NCBI GenBank assembly: GCA_027923505.1
Contig: BROI01000009.1
Span: 868,001-932,000 of the forward strand
DNA length: 64,000 nucleotides
Direction of reading: 5' to 3'
DNA from: Mayamaea pseudoterrestris
Lineage: Eukaryota
Part shown: in pieces, positions 34,029-44,375 of the stretch
Numbering within the stretch: the stretch's first letter is position 1
Layout of the letters: the number at the start of each line of letters is the position of its first letter
Notes under the pieces: model-generated
Database searches by the model: none
Seen by the model: only the letters and a program-made list of their open reading frames with translations
What the model was told of the DNA's origin: nothing
Program-made: the position numbers and the translations under genes

Positions 34029-34189
34029 TAAGACGCTATAAAACTTGTCAGTGGGTGTCCACTTTTATGCTTGTATGTACTGTTTTCAATCGATGTGATT
34101 AGCAGTGGGTATTGTCAAAAGTCAAAACCGGAGGGACATCTCGTTCGAATGAGATTGATTTCGCAAGCACAAAAAAATGTGTCATCACC

Positions 34190-37100
34190 ATGACGGTCAG
34201 CGCTTCTGCTCCATCGCCTCTGAATAATCGCTGGGTGTATCGATCTTTTCAAAGAGATGCCAAGCTTCGTCCCAGGGAGCGCTACTGGAGAAAAGAATTG
34301 TTCAGCGTCCTACAAAAATCTGCCGATGCCGCAACAGCAGCAGGAGCATCACTCTGCATCATTCCCGATGGACTCGTCTGGCGTATCTACCTTCCTCTCC
34401 TGCAAAGTCTCATCACTAAATTTCATGACACAATGTCAGTTCAATGGAAACTTTTGGAGAGCGCCGCTGAGCTTATGGAACACCGCAACCAGGCGCCATG
34501 TGTGGAAAATATCCGACGCGAATACTGTCGCTCGCAGGAGCGTTCAACATTGATGCGGCTGGTGCGTCAGCATTCAAACGTCTTGCAAGTGTATTGTGAT
34601 ATGAGCATTCGAGATGCGGAGCATGATGAGTGGGAGTGGTTGAATTTTGAGCAATTGGTCATTGAAGAGCGAAGTCGGCATGCGTTAATGCGTGCGGCTC
34701 GCATGATCCTGGAGCAAAGTGGCAATCAACGAGTATGGATCGTAGTTTCGGACGACGGCTTGGACGATCGAATGCAACTTGATGATGGCGTTGAAATGAT
34801 CTCTATTAGCAAACTTTTGCAAAGACTTGTCGATCAAGGTCTCTTGTCAGTAGAGGACCTGCGCTCTTTGCAGGAGTTCAAGGAAATCAATGAGAAGCAG
34901 TATGAAAGAATGAATGCTGCATCAGAAAGTAGACTGAATAACGCCTTGGTTGGGCAGGAAGTCAAATTCACGCCTGAACAAATCCAAGTGGGTCTTCAGG
35001 CCAAGCAGCTCTTCCGCGGGCGATTGAATGTTACCAAGGAAAATCCACGAGAGGCTTTTGTCGCGGGTGATAGTATACAGTACTATATCGACAAGCAGAG
35101 AGGTCATTTCCAAAAAGCTTTTCACGGTGATATGGTGATTATACAACCGCTGTCAGAGGATGAATGGGGACGTCCAGTAGGCAAACATCGAATCGTTCAG
35201 CTTCGTGACGATGACGACGAGAACGATGCCCTCGCTGATTCAGACTTGACCATCCCTCCAGTACCCTCGGCGCGGGTGGTGGCGATCCATGAACCTTCGC
35301 GTCGCATCTTCATTGCTACAATGGTGAATGTTCCACGTGACAACGAATCGCATGTTCTTGTTGTTCCGATGGATGTGCGTATTCCCAAGATACGAGTCCA
35401 TTCCAAGTTTTGGAGGAGCTACCATGGAAAGCGACTCAAAATTCAAGTTGAAGGATGGGACGACGGGTCAACCTATCCAAGTGGGCGCTGCGTGGAAGTT
35501 TTGGGCGCGATTGGCGATCTGGAGACAGAGTTGACAGCTCTGCTGCTGGAGAATCAAGTCGAATTGGATCCATTTTCCGTTGCAGCCTTATCTTGTTTAC
35601 CTGCGGAAGGCAAAAATTGGAAAATTGGCGATGACGAAATTAGCAAACGCCGAGATCTTAGACGGTGTCGCCAGATTTTTAGCGTTGATCCGCCTGGCTG
35701 TCAAGATATTGATGATACAATGCATGCGATTGAGCTTCCTAATGGAGACGTTGAGTTTGGTGTACATATTGCAGATGTAGCATACTTTGTTGCTCATGAA
35801 TCTGCTCTTGATAAGGAAGCACAGGCGCGAGGCACGACGTTCTATCTTGTTGATCGACGTTTTGACATGTTGCCGGCGATACTGAGTTCCAATTTGTGTT
35901 CATTGCATGGAAATGTTGATCGTCTGGCCGTATCTGTAATCTGGGTCATGTCGCCCGACTTTCTTGAAATAAAATCGACTTGGTACGGCCGAACAGTGAT
36001 CCGCAATTGTGCGGCCATGACGTACGATCAGGCTGATCGAATTATTCATGATCAGTCGCCGGATTGTACAGATAGTCCACTGCCGCCTCCATTGACAGCA
36101 GGTGCACCTGTCAATCATCATTTGGTGAAGGATCTTAAGCTGGCGCTCTTTCTGCTTACTCGGCTCGCTCGAAAGCTGCGTAGCGATAGAGAAACGATTG
36201 GCGGTGCTGTTGATTTGTCAAGTGGAGACGTTGGAAATGAGCTAAAGTTTACATTGGTGGATGGCCAGCCCGTTAAGGTAGTTCCAAAAGCAGACAAGGA
36301 GATTCATCACACTATTGCTGAAATGATGATTCTTGCGAACACATCGGTAGCTACAAAAATATACGAACATTTTCCAAACTCTGCCCTACTTCGCGTTCAT
36401 CAGTCTGTCCAAGAAAAGCGCTTTGAGGAATTGAAAGACATTCTCGAGGCGAGTAAGATTGCCTTTGATGGCAAATCTAACTCAGAGGTTGCTAAGTCGT
36501 TAAAGGAAGCGAGATATCGTCTACATTCCAACCCAGTAGTCAGCTCGTTGCTCCTCTCACTTGCTACTCGAGCCATGTCCGAAGCGCAGTACGTTTCTGC
36601 TGGCGATAGACGTCGCGACAGCAATGACTTTTCTCATTACGGGCTTGGACTAACTTACTACACCCACTTCACATCCCCAATCCGTCGATACGCGGATGTT
36701 GTGGTTCATAAACAACTTTTGGCGACGTTGGAAAAGGAGAGCCTTTCGGACTTCGATTTTGCAAAACATTTGCCAATCCAACGCCAATCGCTTCCTTCGC
36801 TACCCCAGTCGAGCTTTATTTCCGTCTTGGCGGGTGAAGGTCTCGAGAAAGGAATTGACGAAGATGAGGGTTTTCTTGATGCCTTGATCGAAGGTGCTGC
36901 GGAGCTTGCCTTGGCACCAAAACATTTTGAAGTGCCTACTGAGCTGCATAGCACTTCGAGTCCAGCGACAGTGGTGGCACCATATAATAGCGAGGTGGTA
37001 AAATCCATCTGCGAAAAGCTCAATCTACATAACCGCCTGGCTAAGCATTCGTCGTACGAATGTCAGCGTCTCTTTCTAAGTTTGTACTTTCGCAACAACG

Positions 37101-37948
37101 TTGAAACGGCTGACGCTGTGGTTGTCAACCTTCGGCAGAACGGACTTTGGGTGTATGTTCCGCGTTTCGATCTCAAGGCTCCGGTGTACTTGATGGATAG
37201 TGCTGGTCAACTACAAATTGATCCTGCACTGCTAGGATTACCTTTAGACGCTGGATTTGAAGCGACGTTGGGATTCACCGCAGCTGAGACAAATCGTCGC
37301 TTTCCTAATGGCCAGTGCAAAATTGTTATAGATGGAGGTGACGAACGATTAGTTGTTTCAGTCCCTGGTGGTTCTATCTATACAATGAAGCCGCTCGACG
37401 TCGTACATGTTCAAGTCACGTGCGACAAGTGGGATGCTAGTGCCCGTGTCCCAAATCCGCGCTTGCAATTGCTGGCCGGGCCGAGTGTTCGATCAGTTTT
37501 TTTGAATTCCCAATCAGTCAAAATCAGTTCACAGTCCTTAAAACCGCAGACCACTCAACAATCAGCTCGCGCCACCAGCGTGAGTTGCGATGATGCAACA
37601 ATTTTTAGCATCATTTCTAAAGTTGAGATAAATCCACTACCGAAAGACATTTCTCGACGAACGCCAGACGTGCGGATCAAGTCGTTGGATCGGAATGTGT
37701 CCTTACCAGGTCGATTCGTGTACAGCAGTTTTGTGAATCCCGACAGCCGGAGTTCGCAACAAGAGTCGTCCCAGCAAACAGTTGCTGTAGAATCGGCCGC
37801 CAGGCGAGCCACTGCGATGGCTCAAGCTTCACGGAGAAATGAATTCGACTCGGTAAAGCAGTACGAGCGCGAAGCAATGGCGCGACAACAACGACTCGCA
37901 TCGGACAAACGTAGCGCGCGCGTGGCCAAAAGTAGGAAAGGCAAGTAA
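34190..37948 (+). CDS. DIS3: DIS3/RRP44-family (RNase II/RNB) exoribonuclease
   Basis: IFSVDPPGCQDIDD catalytic motif, GVHIADV, HYGLGLTYYTHFTSPIRRYAD and cold-shock domains (RIPKIRV). The N-terminal PIN-like region is divergent and the paralog type is uncertain. Confidence 0.88.
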   Translation: MTVSASAPSPLNNRWVYRSFQRDAKLRPRERYWRKELFSVLQKSADAATAAGASLCIIPDGLVWRIYLPLLQSLITKFHDTMSVQWKLLESAAELMEHRNQAPCVENIRREYCRSQERSTLMRLVRQHSNVLQVYCDMSIRDAEHDEWEWLNFEQLVIEERSRHALMRAARMILEQSGNQRVWIVVSDDGLDDRMQLDDGVEMISISKLLQRLVDQGLLSVEDLRSLQEFKEINEKQYERMNAASESRLNNALVGQEVKFTPEQIQVGLQAKQLFRGRLNVTKENPREAFVAGDSIQYYIDKQRGHFQKAFHGDMVIIQPLSEDEWGRPVGKHRIVQLRDDDDENDALADSDLTIPPVPSARVVAIHEPSRRIFIATMVNVPRDNESHVLVVPMDVRIPKIRVHSKFWRSYHGKRLKIQVEGWDDGSTYPSGRCVEVLGAIGDLETELTALLLENQVELDPFSVAALSCLPAEGKNWKIGDDEISKRRDLRRCRQIFSVDPPGCQDIDDTMHAIELPNGDVEFGVHIADVAYFVAHESALDKEAQARGTTFYLVDRRFDMLPAILSSNLCSLHGNVDRLAVSVIWVMSPDFLEIKSTWYGRTVIRNCAAMTYDQADRIIHDQSPDCTDSPLPPPLTAGAPVNHHLVKDLKLALFLLTRLARKLRSDRETIGGAVDLSSGDVGNELKFTLVDGQPVKVVPKADKEIHHTIAEMMILANTSVATKIYEHFPNSALLRVHQSVQEKRFEELKDILEASKIAFDGKSNSEVAKSLKEARYRLHSNPVVSSLLLSLATRAMSEAQYVSAGDRRRDSNDFSHYGLGLTYYTHFTSPIRRYADVVVHKQLLATLEKESLSDFDFAKHLPIQRQSLPSLPQSSFISVLAGEGLEKGIDEDEGFLDALIEGAAELALAPKHFEVPTELHSTSSPATVVAPYNSEVVKSICEKLNLHNRLAKHSSYECQRLFLSLYFRNNVETADAVVVNLRQNGLWVYVPRFDLKAPVYLMDSAGQLQIDPALLGLPLDAGFEATLGFTAAETNRRFPNGQCKIVIDGGDERLVVSVPGGSIYTMKPLDVVHVQVTCDKWDASARVPNPRLQLLAGPSVRSVFLNSQSVKISSQSLKPQTTQQSARATSVSCDDATIFSIISKVEINPLPKDISRRTPDVRIKSLDRNVSLPGRFVYSSFVNPDSRSSQQESSQQTVAVESAARRATAMAQASRRNEFDSVKQYEREAMARQQRLASDKRSARVAKSRKGK

Positions 37949-37988
37949 TAAATTATTAATATTGTACAATTCTATTCTTACATTGTAT

Positions 37989-39898
37989 TCATGCGACGTA
38001 TAATGCCAATGATATCTGTAGCAGCACCATGGCAATTTTCCCATGTTGCGCGTTTATCCAACCAAAAACGCATGGAGATGCTGAACTAGCGTCATTCATA
38101 GACATCTCGGACGGAATGTTGCCCTCTATGGGCGCGTTCACTGCAGGGGTGATGGTGTTCAACCTTGTCACGTCATAAGTTTTGGCTGAAGTTAATGTCG
38201 GTCCTTGCAGTGCACCGCCTGCATCGGCAAAGTATCCGGCAGAAGATGGACGCAGTGAAGGCGGCGACGTGGTAATCGTCGGTGAACTCGTATCCGTTGT
38301 TCTTTTCGGAGTTCCAGAAAAAACTGTAGGTGAACTAGTTAATTTGGTTCTCTGGTTGAATATTGAGGGCACCACTGTGGGCACCGAAACCAAGGTTGGC
38401 CGACCATATGCCGGTTGGATTGATGGCCCATTCGTTGATGCCAAGGATGGCGCGCTCATTCTCAGTAATGAAGGCTGATGTGTACCAAGGTAAACTGTCA
38501 CATTAGCACTTTGACTACCACTGACATGACCAGAGTAGGCTGCCAGCGGCGGAGATTCGTGCTGACCCAATGTTTCGATATACCTGGCGTCGCTGATAAT
38601 GGCCTCGGTCGTATCTGTCGCCGACATGCCACCTTGCATGTATAACGCCGCCAACCCTGTCACATGCGGCGAAGCTTGACTTGTCCCTGTGAGAATAGAT
38701 GTGGAATTATTTGCATCGATCCAAGCACCCCTAATTTCAACGCCAGGCGCCCATATATCGACGCATGAGCCAACATTGGAGAAGTAAGCTTGCTCCGACA
38801 TTTCCGTCAACGCGCCAACTGTAAGACACGCATCCGAAGACGCGGGCGACATGTCACAGGCATCTCCACCATTCTCGTTACCAGCGGCGCCCACAACAAG
38901 AATCCCGCTCTCTTTGGCCCGGGAAATGGCTTGATTGAGCAGAGATGACGCGCCACCACCGATGCTAAGGTTGATAATGGTTGGATAGGCATCACCGTCA
39001 TGCTGATCTCCCTCCTTCAGTTTCATAATTTGTTCCTGTCGATCCGCCATTACCCACTCCATGCCCGCTACAACAGTCGCCATGGAACCTTGTCCATCCT
39101 GACCTACCACCTTTACGGATCGAAGTTGAACATTCTTGGCCATGCCAAAGCGAGACCCTCCAACGACGGAAGCAACGTGCGTGCCATGCCCGTGAAAATC
39201 AGAACAGTTTGTGCCGACTTCCACGACTTCGTGTGCGCAGGTTGCGCGGCTGTAGAGGGGCTGGAATTCATCGTGCGCCAGGTTGATTCCAGAGTCTAAT
39301 ATGTACACAGTTACTCCAGTTCCATTGCGAGTATATGTATATAAATTGTTGAGCGGCCAGCTTAGGTAATCGAGTCCCCAGGTGAATTTAGAAGTAGATT
39401 GGAAATGTTGATTGTCGTCATTGACTTGCTCCAGGATGCGAGTCGGCTGATTCTCCTCCACGCTCAATACATCAACCTCCTCCAATAAAAGCTCGACTAG
39501 CCAGTCATCGAGATTAGAAACTTCAAAGCCAAAGGCAGCGTGGCCATTGTAGGTATATTCAATGGTCACAGGGTTGCTGCTGTCTGAAGCACCAACAATC
39601 AACCTCTCGGCCGTCTCTTTGGCACTCACGACGCGGGATGGATCAAGGGATATTATGTAGCTATTGGCTATGTGATCTATGAGATCCAACACGAGATAAT
39701 GCATATGGTTCCAAGAAGAAAAAGGGTGAGTAAGCTTGCTGGTGTGACAAAACGAAATCAGTGTTCTTTGTTCTTTGACATAATTAACGCACCTCCATTC
39801 GCTTTCTTTAACTTTCGATGTTCATTTATTCTTCCGGTACATGCTTGAAGTATTTTGAATGCATATACTACGCTGACCCATCTCGTTATTATCGCCAT
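37989..39898 (-). CDS. Secreted or anchored subtilisin (S8, proteinase K-like) with I9 prodomain; exons 39898-39793 and 39676-37989
   Basis: Catalytic triad ILDSG, HGTHVAS and GTSQASPHV, followed by a P/S/T-rich stalk and a hydrophobic C-terminus. The first exon is inferred from a GTGCGT..TAG intron in matching phase. Confidence 0.85.
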
Positions 39899-40359
39899 GG
39901 TGCACAAGAGGCCTGCCGAAGAATTTGGCGCAAGCGAGCGCGGCGTTTTCGAAATTTTGGTCGTCCATCGTTATCAGTACCGATGCGATGAATCAATCGT
40001 GCAGTGACGTCGCTCAGCTAACGATAGTTATGCAGTTGCTTGTGTATCTGTACTACATGAACATTGCACTTAGTTCCCCACCGGCAGCCGAGCATCGAGC
40101 ATACGTGTTCAAATTAAAGGGTGGATGAAAGAATGAGTGGTGCTAGAGCCTAACGTTTCGTGGAGGCTGCTTGACCATATACGTAAGGTACTACTTCGAT
40201 TGAACTGATTGTTTGTGTTGGTCTGTCGCAATCATACACTCGAGCCAAGACTACAAATACAGGCTAATAAATATGAATTAACACCGCCATTTGCCTAAAT
40301 TTGTAGCAGTCGACTTATTTACATGTTATGTGGCGACCATTTCTTTTGCACTATGACAT

Positions 40360-42111
40360 CTAATGGAGCCAAACCCTTTCCCATTGACGCTCGTAAACGT
40401 AGACGCCTCGGATTTTCCAAAATGCCTCGTCCATTTCATCAGGATCACTCTTCAGGTAGTCGTTACAAGTCTGAAACTGCTTGGCTTGTGCAGGACAATC
40501 CATTTGAAAACGATTTCCCGCAACTGAGCCGCAAAACGCCGTGTTAAAGACAAGGCGCATGTTGCGAAAGTGCGATGCCGGACAACTGGTTCCTTCGCCA
40601 ACTGCAAAGTATGCATATGGCAGCGGCCATAGTTCGGGATTCGGGACAACTCGGAGCTTGCTATCCGTCAAGTGCGCGGTGCGAATCGATTGCACAATAT
40701 TGTCAGGCACGTTGTCATGTGGCGTAAATGCCCACGAGCGAATGTGCCGATTCATCGGATCCCACTCCAAAACAAACACTCCTCCGCCGTTGTCGTTCAA
40801 CGGCGCACCCAGGGTATCGTTGCGCTCGCTCACCGCCACACACCCTTGGTTCAGCCATTGATGTTGATCGTAAACAAAGCAGTTTTTGGCGTAGCGCATC
40901 GTCATGTCAGGAACTCCCGTCTTGGCATCTGGTATGCCTTGTGCCGTGTCCCAATTGCCAGTCATGACGCCATACGGAACGTCATTCTCCATGGTGCATC
41001 CGGTCGTTGAGTGCAAAGCCGTCTTGGCATGGGATTGGTAGTTGATGCCTTCAATCACGTCAATTTCTCCATTGACCGGCCAATTGGTTTCGTCCGTCAT
41101 CCACCCAGCGGCCCATACACCGCAGCCAGCCGGGACGTGGCGAACGTCAATGATGAACAAGCCGCGGTTGAACCGGCGAATGCCTTCGAGGCGTATAGAT
41201 TCGCGGGGACCGTCAGCCGTAGGCGCCGACTTGATGTAGATAAAGGGTTCGAAATCAGGGACTGTTTCATTTTGTGATCGTTGCTTTGGATTGTTGGTTG
41301 TTTCTCGCGTCGACTTTTCGGTCGTCCGTCGATGTCGACCAATGTCGTCTTGTCGTCGGCCCGTCTGCCGCGAAAGCTCTGGAGAATCTAGCTCATCAGC
41401 TTCCATGGTGACATTCACCAATCCAAGTGCCTGAGCGCGCTCCATGCTAACGTATGTATTGTAGCCTGCGGAACCAGCCGAATCTTTTCCGGCGTAAAAC
41501 GTGTAAAAATCAAAAAAGTGACTTCCCTCCTGGAGTTCCACCAGCTGGTAGGCCCCCACAGGTTGATTAGGAGGTCCAACGACTCTGACAGAAACAGTGT
41601 AACCAGCTCCGACGAGAACAAACAGTCCGACAACGGCAAAACAAATCATGGTCCACATGCGATGTCGGACCGTCGTTTCGGGATCCTTATCATACAATTC
41701 ATCCACATCCATGTCGGTTAACAAGCTCGCTCGACTCAGTCGCCTTGCACTCGATCCACTTCTCGTCATTCCCGACAGATTAACGCTCGATCGCCGCACC
41801 ATGGCAGCAGCTGCCGTCGCAACGTTCTGCTTGGCGTCGTGTAAGTCTTCGTTTGATAGCTGCAACGACTCTCTCAAAACCCGATTATGTTCCTGTTCGT
41901 CATCATCGTCAATCTCCAGCAAGCGTATACTAAGTCGGTCCGCTCGAAAGGATTCCTCCTCGCGCGAAAGTCGCCTCGATTCGTTGCTGCGTCGTCGGTT
42001 GATTGGCAAGGAAGAGGTGTCGTGCAGGAGCAAGGCTTGACTAATTTCGTCCTCATCGTAGTCGTCATCGTCAGCAAGCTTTCCGCTACTTGCTTCATTG
42101 CGGGAATTCAT
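40360..42111 (-). CDS. Membrane-anchored GH16 endo-beta-1,3(4)-glucanase (Lam16A-like)
   Basis: Catalytic WPVNGEIDVIEG motif, RESIRL, LVFNTAFCG. A single TM follows a long cytosolic N-terminus. First ATG is at 42111. Confidence 0.88.
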   Translation of the reverse strand: MNSRNEASSGKLADDDDYDEDEISQALLLHDTSSLPINRRRSNESRRLSREEESFRADRLSIRLLEIDDDDEQEHNRVLRESLQLSNEDLHDAKQNVATAAAAMVRRSSVNLSGMTRSGSSARRLSRASLLTDMDVDELYDKDPETTVRHRMWTMICFAVVGLFVLVGAGYTVSVRVVGPPNQPVGAYQLVELQEGSHFFDFYTFYAGKDSAGSAGYNTYVSMERAQALGLVNVTMEADELDSPELSRQTGRRQDDIGRHRRTTEKSTRETTNNPKQRSQNETVPDFEPFIYIKSAPTADGPRESIRLEGIRRFNRGLFIIDVRHVPAGCGVWAAGWMTDETNWPVNGEIDVIEGINYQSHAKTALHSTTGCTMENDVPYGVMTGNWDTAQGIPDAKTGVPDMTMRYAKNCFVYDQHQWLNQGCVAVSERNDTLGAPLNDNGGGVFVLEWDPMNRHIRSWAFTPHDNVPDNIVQSIRTAHLTDSKLRVVPNPELWPLPYAYFAVGEGTSCPASHFRNMRLVFNTAFCGSVAGNRFQMDCPAQAKQFQTCNDYLKSDPDEMDEAFWKIRGVYVYERQWERVWLH

Positions 42112-42588
42112 TCCAATCAACGCAGTAGCGAGACGACGTGGTTTGCTTGATATTGAAAGTTTTGTATTCAAAGTTCGAAGCTCTCGTGATGGATGATGAT
42201 CCTCCTCTCCAACAGCCGTACCAGCACCAGCACCCGCACCAACACAAGCACTTTAAATGATGTTATTAGCGCCTCTTCGACTAAGCAATATGCCTTATTG
42301 CAGCCTTTGTGAGCCTTTTCCTCGCTTAAGATCTCTTGCTGCTTTTACAACGAAACTGTGTGGATCGATACGGTAGTATGTAGTTGTTGAGCGCGCCGGT
42401 AAATGTCGCAGCAGGACACAATGTGTCGTACCGGTACAACGGTCATACTGGATGCCGCAGGGTCATTCTACTCGTCGTACGCATCGCACCTCCGCCATTA
42501 CGATTCTTGCCTTGGTCGTCGATTTGTCATAAATCGTCTACAGCATGCTGAATGAAAGCATTTAGTATCAAGTAATCGTGTGATTGCA

Positions 42589-43989
42589 ATGGCTTTCGAT
42601 AACCTCGACAGCAGTTATCACAGTCGAAGCAGCGGAAGTAGCAGCCAAAGTCGAAGTCCTCCTCCATTTCGTGTCGACGAAGAGCAAGCCGAGGATGATG
42701 ATGATGACGACCACGACGACATCGCCCTAGACATGGGAATCAATGAGGAAATGGACATGCTAGATAATGAGCAAGATTACCTCAGTGATGAAGAAATGAA
42801 CCTCAGCAGCCACAGCAGCAGTGATCCCAGTTCCGCCGATACAGGTAGTAGCCCAGTCTATAACACAACACAAACCATACCAACATGGAGACGTAGTAGC
42901 AGTTATAACTTTTCCAACAATGACGATTCTGTACCACGAGCACATGCCTTTCTCGCTCATCCGTACGAGAGCATCAGTAAGAGGAGATCATATTCATTGG
43001 AGCAAGCAGCAACATGTGGCGCATCAACATCAACATCATCATCTGTTGCGTCAAGCTCGTTCATGTACCAAGGCGGATTCTTCTACTTGGCGTTTTGTTT
43101 ATGCGCCATGACAGCCATGTACACATCGCGAGCGACACTGACAACGACACTGCAGCAAGTGGCGTTGCTAGACACGAATCGAGCTGCCATGGATGCTCAA
43201 CTCCAAAACACGGAGCGCGGCTTGCTTCGCATCAAGCGACAAATACAGGCAATCGATGTTATGCGTAGCCAGCAAGATGGAACGGCCATAATGGATGCGT
43301 CAAGCATCAACGACGGTTTGTCTGCGGCGGAGGAGCGTCGTCGCCAGGAAAACACACAAGCGTTGAAGGAACTGCATGGACTGCAGCATCGACTCAAGGA
43401 TGAAGCATCTTTGGTCGCTCGCCTCAAGAACCAAGTGCGCGAAACTGCCAAGCGCGATCTGATTGCTAAGTATGGAGCTGGGCCTCATCGCGTGGAGATG
43501 GAATTGGTCTTTCCGGACCGTAAAATGGGAGGAGCGAACAAGTTTGTCATTGAGCTGGCCGATGTGGAGATGATGCCTCATTCCGTCTACACTTTTCTAC
43601 AAATGGTATCACTTGGTCTCTTGGACGGATGTTCCTTCATTTTAAATGCTTTGCACGTTGTCAAGGCGGCTCCTCTTCCCTACGATGGAAGCTCGGCGGC
43701 GCAAAAGGCGCAGGACTTTACCAAGGCAGGCTTGGAGAGCGTCGCCTTCAAGGAATACTCTCCCGAGTATCCGCACAAGCAGTACACCGTTGGCTTTGCT
43801 GCGGACGGTAGCCCGTCCTTCTTTATCAACACGGAGAATAACGCCGATGTACATGCAGGCGATCCATGCTTTGGAACAATAGTGTCGGGTTTGGAGGCAA
43901 TCAAGCGCCTCGAGGCGCAACCAACGCGCAACGGCATTTGGTTCGAGAAGCGTATCGGAATCAAGGCTGCACGAATATTAAAAGGTTAG
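42589..43989 (+). CDS. TM plus coiled-coil protein with a C-terminal degenerate cyclophilin-like domain
   Basis: YGAGPHRVEM...FVIELA...MPHSVYTFL...AFKEYS.EYPH..YTVGFA...FFINTENN...DPCFG.IVSG pattern of cyclophilin-like domains. Confidence 0.7.
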   Translation: MAFDNLDSSYHSRSSGSSSQSRSPPPFRVDEEQAEDDDDDDHDDIALDMGINEEMDMLDNEQDYLSDEEMNLSSHSSSDPSSADTGSSPVYNTTQTIPTWRRSSSYNFSNNDDSVPRAHAFLAHPYESISKRRSYSLEQAATCGASTSTSSSVASSSFMYQGGFFYLAFCLCAMTAMYTSRATLTTTLQQVALLDTNRAAMDAQLQNTERGLLRIKRQIQAIDVMRSQQDGTAIMDASSINDGLSAAEERRRQENTQALKELHGLQHRLKDEASLVARLKNQVRETAKRDLIAKYGAGPHRVEMELVFPDRKMGGANKFVIELADVEMMPHSVYTFLQMVSLGLLDGCSFILNALHVVKAAPLPYDGSSAAQKAQDFTKAGLESVAFKEYSPEYPHKQYTVGFAADGSPSFFINTENNADVHAGDPCFGTIVSGLEAIKRLEAQPTRNGIWFEKRIGIKAARILKG

Positions 43990-44375
43990 ACAACTACTTG
44001 CTGTCCAATGGATGGAACGGATTTGAGGCCTTATTATTGAGGTTCGTTTCACGTTCATTGGAGGAAGAGTTGTGGCCGTTTAATGTTAAGATCATACATG
44101 CTAACAGCAGCAGCACCATATCATGTTATAGTTAAAATGTACTTGAGGTTTTTGCGTGCGATCTGGTGATGTTGTCTTAGCTTACGTAGAACTTTCCGGC
44201 GTTCCGGCTTCGCACAAGAGCGAGTCTAACTGCAAACGATTCGACTGCTCAGGAGTGACTTGACGCGGCGATCCACGGATCCGTCGCAAGGTTTCATTGC
44301 GAGTCGTCCGTTTCACATACAAATACCGTTCCCTTGCCGGCCGTGTCTATCGTAGACAACAATCTACATCAAAAC

